This document shows, in pieces, positions 18,943 to 30,138 of a DNA stretch of 40,797 bases. Origin of the DNA: an uncultured bacterium (lineage in GTDB: Bacteria; Latescibacterota; Latescibacteria; Latescibacterales; Latescibacteraceae); NCBI GenBank assembly GCA_964497605.1, contig CAZCDQ010000006.1, positions 1 through 40,797 of the forward strand, written 5' to 3'. Each line of letters starts with the position of its first letter. Within the stretch, counting starts at the first letter, position 1. A program made the position numbers and the translations under genes. The notes beneath the pieces are model-generated. The model worked only from the letters and a program-made list of their open reading frames with translations. It made no database searches and was not told the DNA's origin.

Positions 18943-19431
18943 TCACGGTCTCCGCACAATCGACTTGTATCCTACCGCATGCGAGCCGAGGACCATCTCA
19001 CCCTGCTCAACGTAAGCATCGGCGACTTCCTCGTACCTGAGCGCGCCGGTCGGGCAGGTTGCGACACATGCCGGGTCTTTATTATCCGCAAGCCTCTCGG
19101 TGCACAGGTCGCATTTCCCCATGGAGAACACCGCGAGCTTCATGCCTCTGCTCAGGACACCGAACGGGCAGGCAATTACACAGCTCTTACATCCTGTACA
19201 CCGGAATGAATTACGGCGAACGATGCCGTCCTCGTCCCGTGTCATTGCCTCATTCGGGCACGCCGCCACACATGCCGGTTCCTTGCAGTGCCTGCACACA
19301 ACCGGAAGATTACCCACACCCTCGACTTTGGCGCTCTGAAGCGTGAGCGTATCATTACGTACCCGGTGGCAGGCAACCGAATGAGACTGGCATCCTATGC
19401 ACAAATCAAGCTGGACAAAAAGCTTTTTCAC
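18943..19431 (-). CDS. Four-cluster ferredoxin (HycB/HydN/DmsB-like)
   Basis: CIGCQSHSVAC, CRHCKEPACVAACP, CTGCKSCVIACP, CDLC...PACVATCP. GTG at 19431 overlaps the upstream TGA (track start 19461). Confidence 0.9.
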   Translation of the reverse strand: MKKLFVQLDLCIGCQSHSVACHRVRNDTLTLQSAKVEGVGNLPVVCRHCKEPACVAACPNEAMTRDEDGIVRRNSFRCTGCKSCVIACPFGVLSRGMKLAVFSMGKCDLCTERLADNKDPACVATCPTGALRYEEVADAYVEQGEMVLGSHAVGYKSIVRRP

Positions 19432-20855
19432 GATGCATCCTTTTTCTGCAATTGCATCCACGCCGTATTATCGGTCAGTGAGCCGTCCGAATAGCTCAGG
19501 ACAGTCGACCTGTAAACAGGCTGTGGTGTTTTATGTTCAATCTCTTTCAAAAGCGAACCGATCCGGCTTTCCGAGGGTTCCGTCCTCATTATATTCGTCT
19601 TTACTTCGCCTTCCGAAAGGGTTTGATTCTTTCCCGCCACAAGTTTTCGTATGATATCGCCGTATGAAAGCGCTCCTCCCGTTGGTTCGAGGACCGGCGT
19701 TCTCAATTTCCCGTTATATGTTCCCGCCGTTTCAAGCCAAAGTGCGGTCGGCATAACAATGTCTGCAAGCGTAGTCGTTTCGTTTGCGAATGGCGCTCCC
19801 GCAGCGATGAAATCAAGATTTCCACGGATGGTTTTCGCATCATTTTTCGACATACCTCTAAAGATATCCGCACCTAGTACAAGAAGTGAATTCAACTTCT
19901 CGTCCATCGCGGCGCCGATTACATCCGCAACTGATTGTACTTTACCGTCCGTTTCGTTCAGACCGGCAACGATACCCTCGGCATTGCCATAAGTGTAAAG
20001 CGAGAACAGCTTTTTGCCGTTTCCGGCCGCCTCTACAATCAGCGAGGCAAACTCAGCCGCGACCGGATCCTGTGATTCGATAATCACAACCGCCTGATCG
20101 GCTTTCACAAATTTCTCCGCAAGGGCTTTTACCGCGCCATCCTTAACCGCGGGATACGATGTTCTCACCGCCTCTTTCCACAAGGGGCCGCTGTATCCGG
20201 ACAGATCGACGACCGCTTTCAATAGTTCCGCAAGTGTCACACGCACGTTTCCCTCTATATGGGTTGAGGCAAAACGCGCTGTCCGGTTCGGCGATTCCGA
20301 AACAACCGCAAGCGTATTCGCTCGATGGGCATATTTTGCGTTCAACGCTGGTCCCGCAATGACCGGGCCAACCTCGAACGGATCGCCGACCGCAATCGTG
20401 CATTTCGATTTTTCGACATCCTCAATCGTTGCCGGCTCGCCGGTTCCAGATGCGGCAATTGCTCTCAGAACCGCGTCGTCCCCGGTCGCGAAATGAACCG
20501 CAACGCTAGCGTTCAGGCACTCTTTCGCGTACATAATTGCCAAAGAAACATCCTCGAGCGACGCATCGCCACTGAGAACGACCGCAGCCGAACCCTCCGA
20601 CTTCCCGAGCGCTTTCGCTGTCGCAGATATTGCATCCTCCCACGTAATGACTGCCCCTTTTTCAGTCGGCTCACTCAGCCGCATGGGATGATTGAGAAGA
20701 TCGAGCATATAATTTCCTTTGCTGCACAAGCTGCCGCTGCATATCGGATCGTTCGAAAGATATTCAAGGTTGACCGCTCCACCGAAATCGGATTCGATCG
20801 CGAATCCGCATCCAAGCGAACAGAACAGACAAATATTTTCCTGCGATTTCATCAT
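19428..20855 (-). CDS. Truncated molybdopterin-oxidoreductase-fold protein (FdhF/NuoG C-part-like) with N-terminal [4Fe-4S]
   Basis: CLFCSLGCG...LCSKG, HPMRL, ETTTLADIVMPTALWLETAGTY. Only 475 aa; no recognisable Mo-ligand motif. Confidence 0.8.
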   Translation of the reverse strand: MMKSQENICLFCSLGCGFAIESDFGGAVNLEYLSNDPICSGSLCSKGNYMLDLLNHPMRLSEPTEKGAVITWEDAISATAKALGKSEGSAAVVLSGDASLEDVSLAIMYAKECLNASVAVHFATGDDAVLRAIAASGTGEPATIEDVEKSKCTIAVGDPFEVGPVIAGPALNAKYAHRANTLAVVSESPNRTARFASTHIEGNVRVTLAELLKAVVDLSGYSGPLWKEAVRTSYPAVKDGAVKALAEKFVKADQAVVIIESQDPVAAEFASLIVEAAGNGKKLFSLYTYGNAEGIVAGLNETDGKVQSVADVIGAAMDEKLNSLLVLGADIFRGMSKNDAKTIRGNLDFIAAGAPFANETTTLADIVMPTALWLETAGTYNGKLRTPVLEPTGGALSYGDIIRKLVAGKNQTLSEGEVKTNIMRTEPSESRIGSLLKEIEHKTPQPVYRSTVLSYSDGSLTDNTAWMQLQKKDAS

Positions 20856-20867
20856 ACGTTCGTCCCT

Positions 20868-21695
20868 TTACATACCGAACACATTGGAACAATCTTTTAT
20901 AAGCTCGTAATTCATGTCGGGGCCGTCCTTGCACAGATAATAGGGGCCGATGTTGCATCTGCCGCATTTTCCCGTTCCGCAACTCATCCGTCGGTTCATA
21001 GACAGATATATTTGTTTCGGTTTATAGCCGATTTCCATAAGTTTCATTGTTACAAATTTCAGCATGATCTCCGGACCGCAGGAAATCGCGCAACTATTTG
21101 AAATATCGATATCCACATTATCCAGAAGCGTGGTAACTACCCCAACATTGCTAGTCCATCCCGGTGCCGCAACATCGATGGTGGGTGTGAATTCCACATT
21201 GGGTATCTTGGCCCAGGAATCATACATGCTGCGGTATACCAGATCGTTCGGTGTCCGTGCGCCGTATTTGATATAGACTTTTTTGAAACTGTCGATTTCG
21301 TCGAACAACACATACAGAAGTGATCTGAGCGGAGCAAGCCCAACACCGCCGCCAACAACCAACACTTCCGTTCCCCGAAGCTTATCGATCGGATAACCTT
21401 TTCCGAACGGACCGCGAAGGCCCACCGTGTCGCCAGCCTTAACCGAAAGCAATTTGTCGGTGACTTTCCCCATACGCAGAATGGTAAATTCAATTGTTTC
21501 GGTGCGGTTGGGCGATGATGACGGTGTAAACGGCGCTTCGCCGACACCCGGCATTGTCACCTGCATAAATTGTCCTGCTTTGAATTTCATTTCCTGTTCG
21601 GGCCGGATAACGACCGTTTTAATCGTTGGAGTTTCCTCGATCACGTTTCCCACTGTCCCGGTCAGGGGCATATACGGATTTTGAACGTCGCTCAT
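20868..21695 (-). CDS. FAD/NAD(P)-binding [2Fe-2S] subunit (AsrB / sulfhydrogenase gamma-like)
   Basis: GQF..V...GVGEAP, GLRGPFG, GGGVGLAPLRS, CGP, RRMSCGTGKCGRC...CKDGP. Confidence 0.92.
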   Translation of the reverse strand: MSDVQNPYMPLTGTVGNVIEETPTIKTVVIRPEQEMKFKAGQFMQVTMPGVGEAPFTPSSSPNRTETIEFTILRMGKVTDKLLSVKAGDTVGLRGPFGKGYPIDKLRGTEVLVVGGGVGLAPLRSLLYVLFDEIDSFKKVYIKYGARTPNDLVYRSMYDSWAKIPNVEFTPTIDVAAPGWTSNVGVVTTLLDNVDIDISNSCAISCGPEIMLKFVTMKLMEIGYKPKQIYLSMNRRMSCGTGKCGRCNIGPYYLCKDGPDMNYELIKDCSNVFGM

Positions 21696-21696
21696 G

Positions 21697-22770
21697 TTAT
21701 TTTTTTGCTCCTACGGTTGACGAGTCGAGCGCTTTCATCACTTTTCTCATGTCGATTTTCCCCATACAGCCTTCGATACATCGTCCGCAGCCACTGCATG
21801 CCTCAAATCCAAAGTTTGTCGGAAAATAATCGAACTTATGGAGGTACCGGTGACGAAACCGTTCCATCAGTCCAAGACGCGGTGAACCTCCCCCCGCCAT
21901 TTTAGAATATCCGGCGTAGGAACACGCGTCCCATTCCTTGATTCTACTGTATGTGCCGGATTCATTTTGCCGGTCGTACAAAAGGAAACAATGACAGGTC
22001 GGGCATGAAAAAAGGCATGCCCCGCATCCGATGCAGGCGCTGACATGCTCGTACCAGCCGTCGCTTTCGCGCTGAATTTCGAGCAGTTCCTGGCGGGATT
22101 TCGAGAGTTCGTATTCTTTGTTGATATCTTTAACTTTTTCTTTTGCCGCCGCGCGTTTTTTATCTCGTTCGGCGATGAGTTCGGCCGGAACATCAGCAAA
22201 CAGTTCCTTTTTTTCCGCGACAATGTCCACACCCTTGTCGGAACCGACCTCAACGATATAGCCGTTATCTGCGCTGCTAATATTCAGATCGAATCCCTCC
22301 GCTGCATACGGCGCAATTCCCGCAAGCGTACACAGGCAGTTCTCGCGGGGATAATCACAGTCTGCGGAAACGATAACTGTGTTCGCGCGCCTGTTCTGAT
22401 AGAAGATATCTGTAAACTCCTCCTGAAGAAACACCGCATCGAGCGATTTCACAGACTCAACATCGCATGCCGCCGCACCGACAATTGTTACAGGTTCGTC
22501 GGACAGCGCCGGTGTATCGCCGCTTCCGGCCGGATATTCAGCGACTTTGGTTCGGCCAGCAAACAGAAACGTTTTCAACGGATCGGATGGACGGTATCCG
22601 CGGAACACGTAATCATCACCCTCAGTTCGTTCAGCATAGGGATAGCGAACGATTCCCTTGTGGTCTTCAGCCTCTCCTGGGATATAAATTTTGCTATTTT
22701 TTCCCAGGACATCGAGCAACCGCTCAAAATCCGTGCCGCTTATGAAATATGTTTTGGCATGATCACTCAT
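21697..22770 (-). CDS. Fe-S subunit (AsrA / sulfhydrogenase beta-like)
   Basis: ACD...LD, D..Y..RR, C.....NCLC, CIGCGACLFSCPTCHCF, WDAC, CSGCGRCIEGC. Confidence 0.9.
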   Translation of the reverse strand: MSDHAKTYFISGTDFERLLDVLGKNSKIYIPGEAEDHKGIVRYPYAERTEGDDYVFRGYRPSDPLKTFLFAGRTKVAEYPAGSGDTPALSDEPVTIVGAAACDVESVKSLDAVFLQEEFTDIFYQNRRANTVIVSADCDYPRENCLCTLAGIAPYAAEGFDLNISSADNGYIVEVGSDKGVDIVAEKKELFADVPAELIAERDKKRAAAKEKVKDINKEYELSKSRQELLEIQRESDGWYEHVSACIGCGACLFSCPTCHCFLLYDRQNESGTYSRIKEWDACSYAGYSKMAGGGSPRLGLMERFRHRYLHKFDYFPTNFGFEACSGCGRCIEGCMGKIDMRKVMKALDSSTVGAKK

Positions 22771-22793
22771 TCTGTCATATCCCCAATCAGAGC

Positions 22794-23942
22794 TTAATCT
22801 TGTTCCGATTGCTGTTTTTTTGGCAGATGAACAGTAAAGCTTGTTCCAACATCTACGGTGCTGTCAACAGTGATATATCCTTTATGGGCATCGACAAACT
22901 TTTTAACAATCGCAAGCCCAAGGCCAGTGCCTGTTTCCTCTGTCGATGTAACGGACCGCTTTCTGATATTGCTAACACGGAAAAATTCATCGAACACAAA
23001 TGGGAGCATTTCTTTCGGTATACCGATCCCGGTATCCGAAATGGTAATAGAAATCATATTGTCTTCGTCGCGGACGACGGTGTTTATCATTCCGTATTTG
23101 CGGTTGTATTTGACCGCATTGGAATAGAGATTGAGAAAAAGGTGAACCAGAGCTTCGTGATTTCCGACAATTGTCGGGAAATCCTCGGGAATATCGATTT
23201 CATAACGAATATTCTTTCCCTGGGCTATAAGTTCGATTACGCCGGCCGCTTCATCGAGAATCTTCCTGATATCGACTACCTCGACTTTTTCGAGGATTAC
23301 GGTTTCCTGAATCCGCGCCATTTCCAACCATTCGTTTACAAGCGATAAAAGCCAGTTAATACGCTGCTTGCATTGTGTAAGTATTTCGTGCTGTTTCGAT
23401 TCCAAATCGCCGGTGTAGCCGCCAAGCAGCACCTCAATATACTGCTCGACCACAACAAGCGGGCTCCGCATTTCATGGGTTATAATTGATACGAAATTTT
23501 CACGGATTCTCTCATTCTCTTTCTGAAGCCGCACCGTCTCGACCATAAGGCGCCGCTTTTCCATGGCCCGATCGACAATGATGCGAAGTTCATCGGGAGT
23601 AAACGGTTTCGGAAGAAAATCGGACGCGCCCTGCTTCATGGCCTCCACTGCGGATTCGACTGTCGCGTATCCGGTAATAACGACTACGATGATAGACGGA
23701 TCGAGCGAGGAGATCGCCCGTATCAACCCGCCGCCTTTTTTTCCGGGCAGTTTGAAATCCAGAAGAACGATGTCCGGCCGTTTTTCCCTTACTAACGTCA
23801 ACCCCTGTTCAGCGCGATACGCGGCATATATGCTATATCCCTCGCGCGACAGAACCTGATTGCAGGAATCCTGCATCGATTCTTCATCGTCAATTACGAT
23901 TATAATTCCGGATTTCTTACCGGCGCCGTTATTTTGAGCCAT
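22794..23942 (-). CDS. Hybrid receiver-histidine kinase (REC-HisKA-HATPase, cytoplasmic)
   Basis: VIDDE, LLDFKLP, KPF; H-box THEMRSPL; NLYSNAVKY, DTGIGI, GTGLGL. Start placed at ATG 23942 because the track start (24107) lies inside the sigma54 promoter. Confidence 0.92.
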   Translation of the reverse strand: MAQNNGAGKKSGIIIVIDDEESMQDSCNQVLSREGYSIYAAYRAEQGLTLVREKRPDIVLLDFKLPGKKGGGLIRAISSLDPSIIVVVITGYATVESAVEAMKQGASDFLPKPFTPDELRIIVDRAMEKRRLMVETVRLQKENERIRENFVSIITHEMRSPLVVVEQYIEVLLGGYTGDLESKQHEILTQCKQRINWLLSLVNEWLEMARIQETVILEKVEVVDIRKILDEAAGVIELIAQGKNIRYEIDIPEDFPTIVGNHEALVHLFLNLYSNAVKYNRKYGMINTVVRDEDNMISITISDTGIGIPKEMLPFVFDEFFRVSNIRKRSVTSTEETGTGLGLAIVKKFVDAHKGYITVDSTVDVGTSFTVHLPKKQQSEQD

Positions 23943-24102
23943 TGTTCTGAGCGTTTGCCCTCCATTGCCGGGATTAAAAATGTCGTATGCCGATACTCCC
24001 GCCTCGAACGGGATACAGAGAGATTCCTGTGGTTGGCAAGTTACCATTTTGTAATCATTGTCATATATATTTGAATTGTTAATCATTAAGTATTTTTCTA
24101 TA

Positions 24103-24118
24103 CGCAATTCTAATGCCT
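24103..24118 (-). promoter_or_regulatory. sigma54 (-24/-12) promoter of the hydrogenase operon
   Basis: The minus strand reads AGGCATTAGAATTGCG, i.e. GG-N10-GC, close to the consensus TGGCAC-N5-TTGC. Confidence 0.7.
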
Positions 24119-24240
24119 GATTTTCGAGCTGACGGTCATAAAAACGAATTCCGGCCGCAAAATGCTATTTTTATAATATCATGGAAACTGTATATTTCTC
24201 TCGGTGACACTGATATTGCTGAAGATAGAGCGTCAATAGC

Positions 24241-24277
24241 GGGGAATAACACCCCACAGACGGGGAATATTTCCCCG
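24241..24277. promoter_or_regulatory. Twin palindromic upstream activator sites
   Basis: GGGGAATAACACCCC (24241-24255) and CGGGGAATATTTCCCCG (24261-24277), centres 21 bp apart, about 125-160 bp upstream of the -24 element. Confidence 0.65.
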
Positions 24278-24362
24278 TCTATATCGAGGTTCGTTGGTAA
24301 TGCATTGCTGAATGTCGGATATAATTTGCGGAATACGGGTATAAGCGTGCGAACAAAACAGG

Positions 24363-25739
24363 CTATTGAAACGTTATTTCTTGTTCATACAGCCGGTATT
24401 TCCGTATTTTGCTTCTGAGTGTTTTACGGTCAATGCCGAGCGCGGTAGCTGTGCGCGATTTGTTGTAGCGGAATTTCTCAAGCATACATTCGATATGTTT
24501 CTTTTCAACATCCTCGAGTTGCTCAAGCTGCCGGTGTTCTGCAAAGAACTCGGGGGTGATACATGAAATCCCTTTGAAAATTTCGAACGGATCTACTTCT
24601 CTGTCCTCGCAGAGCGCAACCGCCCGTTTTACCAAATGCTCAAGTTCGCGGATATTTCCGGGCCAGTCGTAATTGATCATCGTGTTCATGGCTTTTCCGG
24701 ATACTCGCAGGGGATAACCGGAATCCTTTTTACGGCGGAACCGTGTCAGGAAATGTTCTGCAAGAACAGGGATATCCTCACGCCGTTCGCGAAGCGGCGG
24801 AATATAGATCGGTATCACATTGAGACGGTAAAAAAGGTCCTCTCGGAAACGTCCGCTTTTAATCTCGTTGTGCAGAAACTGATTCGTCGCGGCAAGGATT
24901 CTCACATCGACCGGAATCTGAGTTGAGGAGCCGACTCTGGATACCCGTTTTTCCTGAAGGGCCCTTAATAGTTTGCTTTGTATGCCGTAGCTCATATTTG
25001 ATATTTCATCGAAAAACAGCGTTCCTTTATGGGCAAGCTCGAATCTTCCAACTCGGCTTGCGACGGCGCCGGTGAACGAGCCTCTGCTGTGTCCGAAAAG
25101 TTCGCTCTCGATAAGCGTATCGACCAGGCCGCCCGAATCGACAGTCACGAAATTTTCATTTCGGCGTTTACTGCAATGGTGCAGCGCCCGCGCGACAAGT
25201 TCCTTGCCGGTCCCCGTTTCACCTGTGATGAGTACGGAGCAATCGGACATGCCGGCCCGGACAATAAACTGTTTCAGTTCCGTAATCACCGGACTCTTGC
25301 CGATAATCGCGTCGATACCGACACTATTGTTTGGTTCGCTTTCACCGACAGAAGACTCACCGGTGTGACGTTTCTTTTCAAGCGCACGGGCGACAACGGT
25401 TCTGAGCTGATTGGGAGTGAATGGTTTGGGAACGAAGTCATACGCACCCATTTTCATAGACTCCACCGCATTTTCAACGGTGGAAAAACCGGTTACGATG
25501 ATAACCGTGCATTCGGGATTTTTTATATGGATCGCTTTCAGCACATCGAGGCCGCTCATGTCCGGCATTTTCAAATCGAGGATAACCACGTCGTATTTCT
25601 GCGATTCGAGACATAACAGCCCCTGATTCCCATTTTCAGAAAGATAGACATTACAGCCCTTTCGCGACAGTATCTGGAAACATGAATCGCGAATCGTAGG
25701 TTCATCGTCAATGACAAGGATATTGAACGGAATTTCCAT
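24363..25739 (-). CDS. NtrC-family sigma54-dependent response regulator
   Basis: REC domain; [43 protein letters not shown]; Fis-type HTH. Confidence 0.97.
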   Translation of the reverse strand: MEIPFNILVIDDEPTIRDSCFQILSRKGCNVYLSENGNQGLLCLESQKYDVVILDLKMPDMSGLDVLKAIHIKNPECTVIIVTGFSTVENAVESMKMGAYDFVPKPFTPNQLRTVVARALEKKRHTGESSVGESEPNNSVGIDAIIGKSPVITELKQFIVRAGMSDCSVLITGETGTGKELVARALHHCSKRRNENFVTVDSGGLVDTLIESELFGHSRGSFTGAVASRVGRFELAHKGTLFFDEISNMSYGIQSKLLRALQEKRVSRVGSSTQIPVDVRILAATNQFLHNEIKSGRFREDLFYRLNVIPIYIPPLRERREDIPVLAEHFLTRFRRKKDSGYPLRVSGKAMNTMINYDWPGNIRELEHLVKRAVALCEDREVDPFEIFKGISCITPEFFAEHRQLEQLEDVEKKHIECMLEKFRYNKSRTATALGIDRKTLRSKIRKYRLYEQEITFQ

Positions 25740-25769
25740 GAGAACCTCCCACTTCTCTATCGTTTGAAA

Positions 25770-26912
25770 TTATTTTTCGGCGTTTGTGAATACGGGAAGC
25801 AGGACAGTAAAAATCGCGCCGCCGCCAGACTGGTTTTTCGCGGTGAGCGATCCACGGTGACGTTCGATAATACCGTGACTTAATGCCAGACCGAGTCCTG
25901 TCCCGTGCCCTTTGAGCTTCGTGGTGAAAAACGGATCGAAAATATTATCAAGGTGTTCCTCGGATATTCCCGGGCCGGTATCTTTAAACCGGACACTCAC
26001 CATACCGCGGTTTCCGTTTTCACTGTCCGCCCCGGTGACAATCTTCAATTCACCCGAATCCTCCATAATTTCCGCGGCATTTCTGATGATATTCTCGAAT
26101 ACTTCCTGAATCTGAGATATATCCGCTTTCACAGTGGGGACATTCTCCCCAAACGCTTCTATCACTCTGATATTTCTGAATATATCCTCACTCCGCAGAT
26201 TACTTAACGCCTCGGTTATAATAGTATGAATATCGACCTGTTCAAATTTCGGTTGGCTTTGACGGGCTATGGTCAGTAATTTCTTTACTATATTTTTGCA
26301 CCGTTCGGATTCTCTTATGATTTTCTCGATATTCGGATAATTGGGATCGTTCGCGGGCGTGTCCTCACGAAGAAGGTTGGAATATACGATAATACCACCA
26401 AGCGGATTGTTGATTTCATGCGCCACACCGGCGGTAAGCTCTCCGAGCGATGACAAACGTTTTGAATCTTCGATCTGACGATTCAGTTCCTCGATTTTCC
26501 GTTCACGATTTTGAACTACCGAAACCAGGTAATCGATAGTATTGTTGAGAATATCCGATAATTCCTCCTGACCGAACCGCAAGGGAATATCCACAGAATC
26601 GACAGATAATTTCCGGGTTTTGTACGCCCGTTCGGCAATCGGCCTGAAATACCGGACTGTCAATATGTAGGAGACGATCGATGCGATGCCGGAACCTATA
26701 ACAATGAATATAATGACGAGTCCGAGTCCGACAGCCGAATCCGCAGGCGAAACCGTTTCAGCAACTGTATACGCAATCGCGGCAAATACAACAGTAATCA
26801 CAACAACCGGGATAAAATGAATCGGTAATAAACGTGCCATCACAAACCCCTGAGCGGTGAATATTTTCCTCTTTCGTTTCTGCACAAGATGTTCTGCGTA
26901 CCTGCGAAACAT
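25770..26912 (-). CDS. Membrane sensor histidine kinase (NtrB-like transmitter)
   Basis: Two TM segments with a very short loop; [37 protein letters not shown]. The start may be ATG 26840. Confidence 0.93.
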   Translation of the reverse strand: MFRRYAEHLVQKRKRKIFTAQGFVMARLLPIHFIPVVVITVVFAAIAYTVAETVSPADSAVGLGLVIIFIVIGSGIASIVSYILTVRYFRPIAERAYKTRKLSVDSVDIPLRFGQEELSDILNNTIDYLVSVVQNRERKIEELNRQIEDSKRLSSLGELTAGVAHEINNPLGGIIVYSNLLREDTPANDPNYPNIEKIIRESERCKNIVKKLLTIARQSQPKFEQVDIHTIITEALSNLRSEDIFRNIRVIEAFGENVPTVKADISQIQEVFENIIRNAAEIMEDSGELKIVTGADSENGNRGMVSVRFKDTGPGISEEHLDNIFDPFFTTKLKGHGTGLGLALSHGIIERHRGSLTAKNQSGGGAIFTVLLPVFTNAEK

Positions 26913-26930
26913 GGGGAAACAATCTTCGGT

Positions 26931-27154
26931 TTATATGCCGATAATTTTCGATACCGTTTTCTGAAAGGTGACCGCATCAACCGGTTTCTCGAAATAGTCC
27001 TCTGCGCCTGTCCGAGATAATCTTCCATATTCCCGGCGGAGAAACCAATTCCGGTTTTCTCGCCAATAGCGGTCAGCATGATGACCGCTATTGGGGCGGT
27101 ACCGTTCGTTTTTTCAATTCACGGATTCAGCACAATTATTCTTTTCTGTTTCAT
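26931..27154 (-). pseudogene. Decayed single-domain response regulator
   Basis: MKQKRIIVLNP*IEKTNGTAPIAVIMLTAIGEKTGIGFSAGNMEDYLGQ[frameshift]AEDYFEKPVDAVTFQKTVSKIIGI*. This is the C-terminal half of a receiver; the phospho-Asp region is missing. Confidence 0.7.
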
Positions 27155-27243
27155 GTGTTGACAGATCATGAAAAGGATGAAATTATATCAGTTAACGACT
27201 GCAGAAAAGACATTGACAGTCATGCGCATCGCCTCACACTATT

Positions 27244-27272
27244 GTTATAATATTTTAATTGTCTAAAGTCAA
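27244..27272 (-). promoter_or_regulatory. sigma70 promoter for the kinase/NtrC genes
   Basis: Minus strand TTGACT-N17-TATAAC. Confidence 0.6.
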
Positions 27273-27756
27273 GTTTTTTTGAGGTGTTCGTCACATTTGT
27301 CGAACCGGTGATGTGCGGTTCATTCCCCCGATACTTTTTGAAACTAATGCGTGCAATGTTTCGGCATCGATCGTTATTTCAATCTTGGCTTCGGATGGTG
27401 TTTCCAGATAACCCTCCATATCGTATGCCGAAACATTTTTATTTGTTTTCAGCAATGCTTGTAAGCAGAATCGAAAGAAATGTCATTTGTTGCGCTCCTT
27501 TTTGAACCGCAACCAGCAAACATATTGCACATTCAGCATATCATGCTGTTCTGATATTGCAAATGCCTTTAGCATGCAAATCAAGCACAGTTCCGCATAG
27601 TGGTACCAAGAAAGCGAGAGAAATCATATGTCATTTATTTTAAGACGCTTAGATGACAGATAAATTATAAATACCCGTGCAATAAGAGTTATTTGAGAAT
27701 GGGAAAGAGAATTTTGACGTATGTATTGTCTTGAAATGCAGTTTCTGCTGTTTGTT

Positions 27757-27796
27757 TAAAAGACCGGAATCACAGCCAATCATGCTGCAATCCCGG
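27757..27796 (-). terminator. Probable intrinsic terminator after katG
   Basis: Imperfect stem ACCGG..CAGC / GCTG..CCGGT followed on the minus strand by CTTTT. Confidence 0.4.
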
Positions 27797-27813
27797 TTTC
27801 AATACTGCATTTA

Positions 27814-30021
<2,208 letters not shown>

Positions 30022-30138
30022 CTATTATCCTCCTATTATCCTTGACTACGAACACTGCAATCGCGAAAATATTTTTTGGTGCAGATTAAATAGTATATCT
30101 TTTACATTCATTCATTGAATATACCGTTATTAATGACA

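Noticed and set aside
19428-20855. Active or selenocysteine-containing formate dehydrogenase
   Set aside because: Too short, no catalytic motif, no in-frame TGA; the terminal TGA overlaps the next start codon.
20868-22770. Anaerobic sulfite reductase or soluble sulfhydrogenase
   Set aside because: No AsrC (siroheme) subunit or group-3b large/small subunits are present; the adjacent hydrogenase is group 4.
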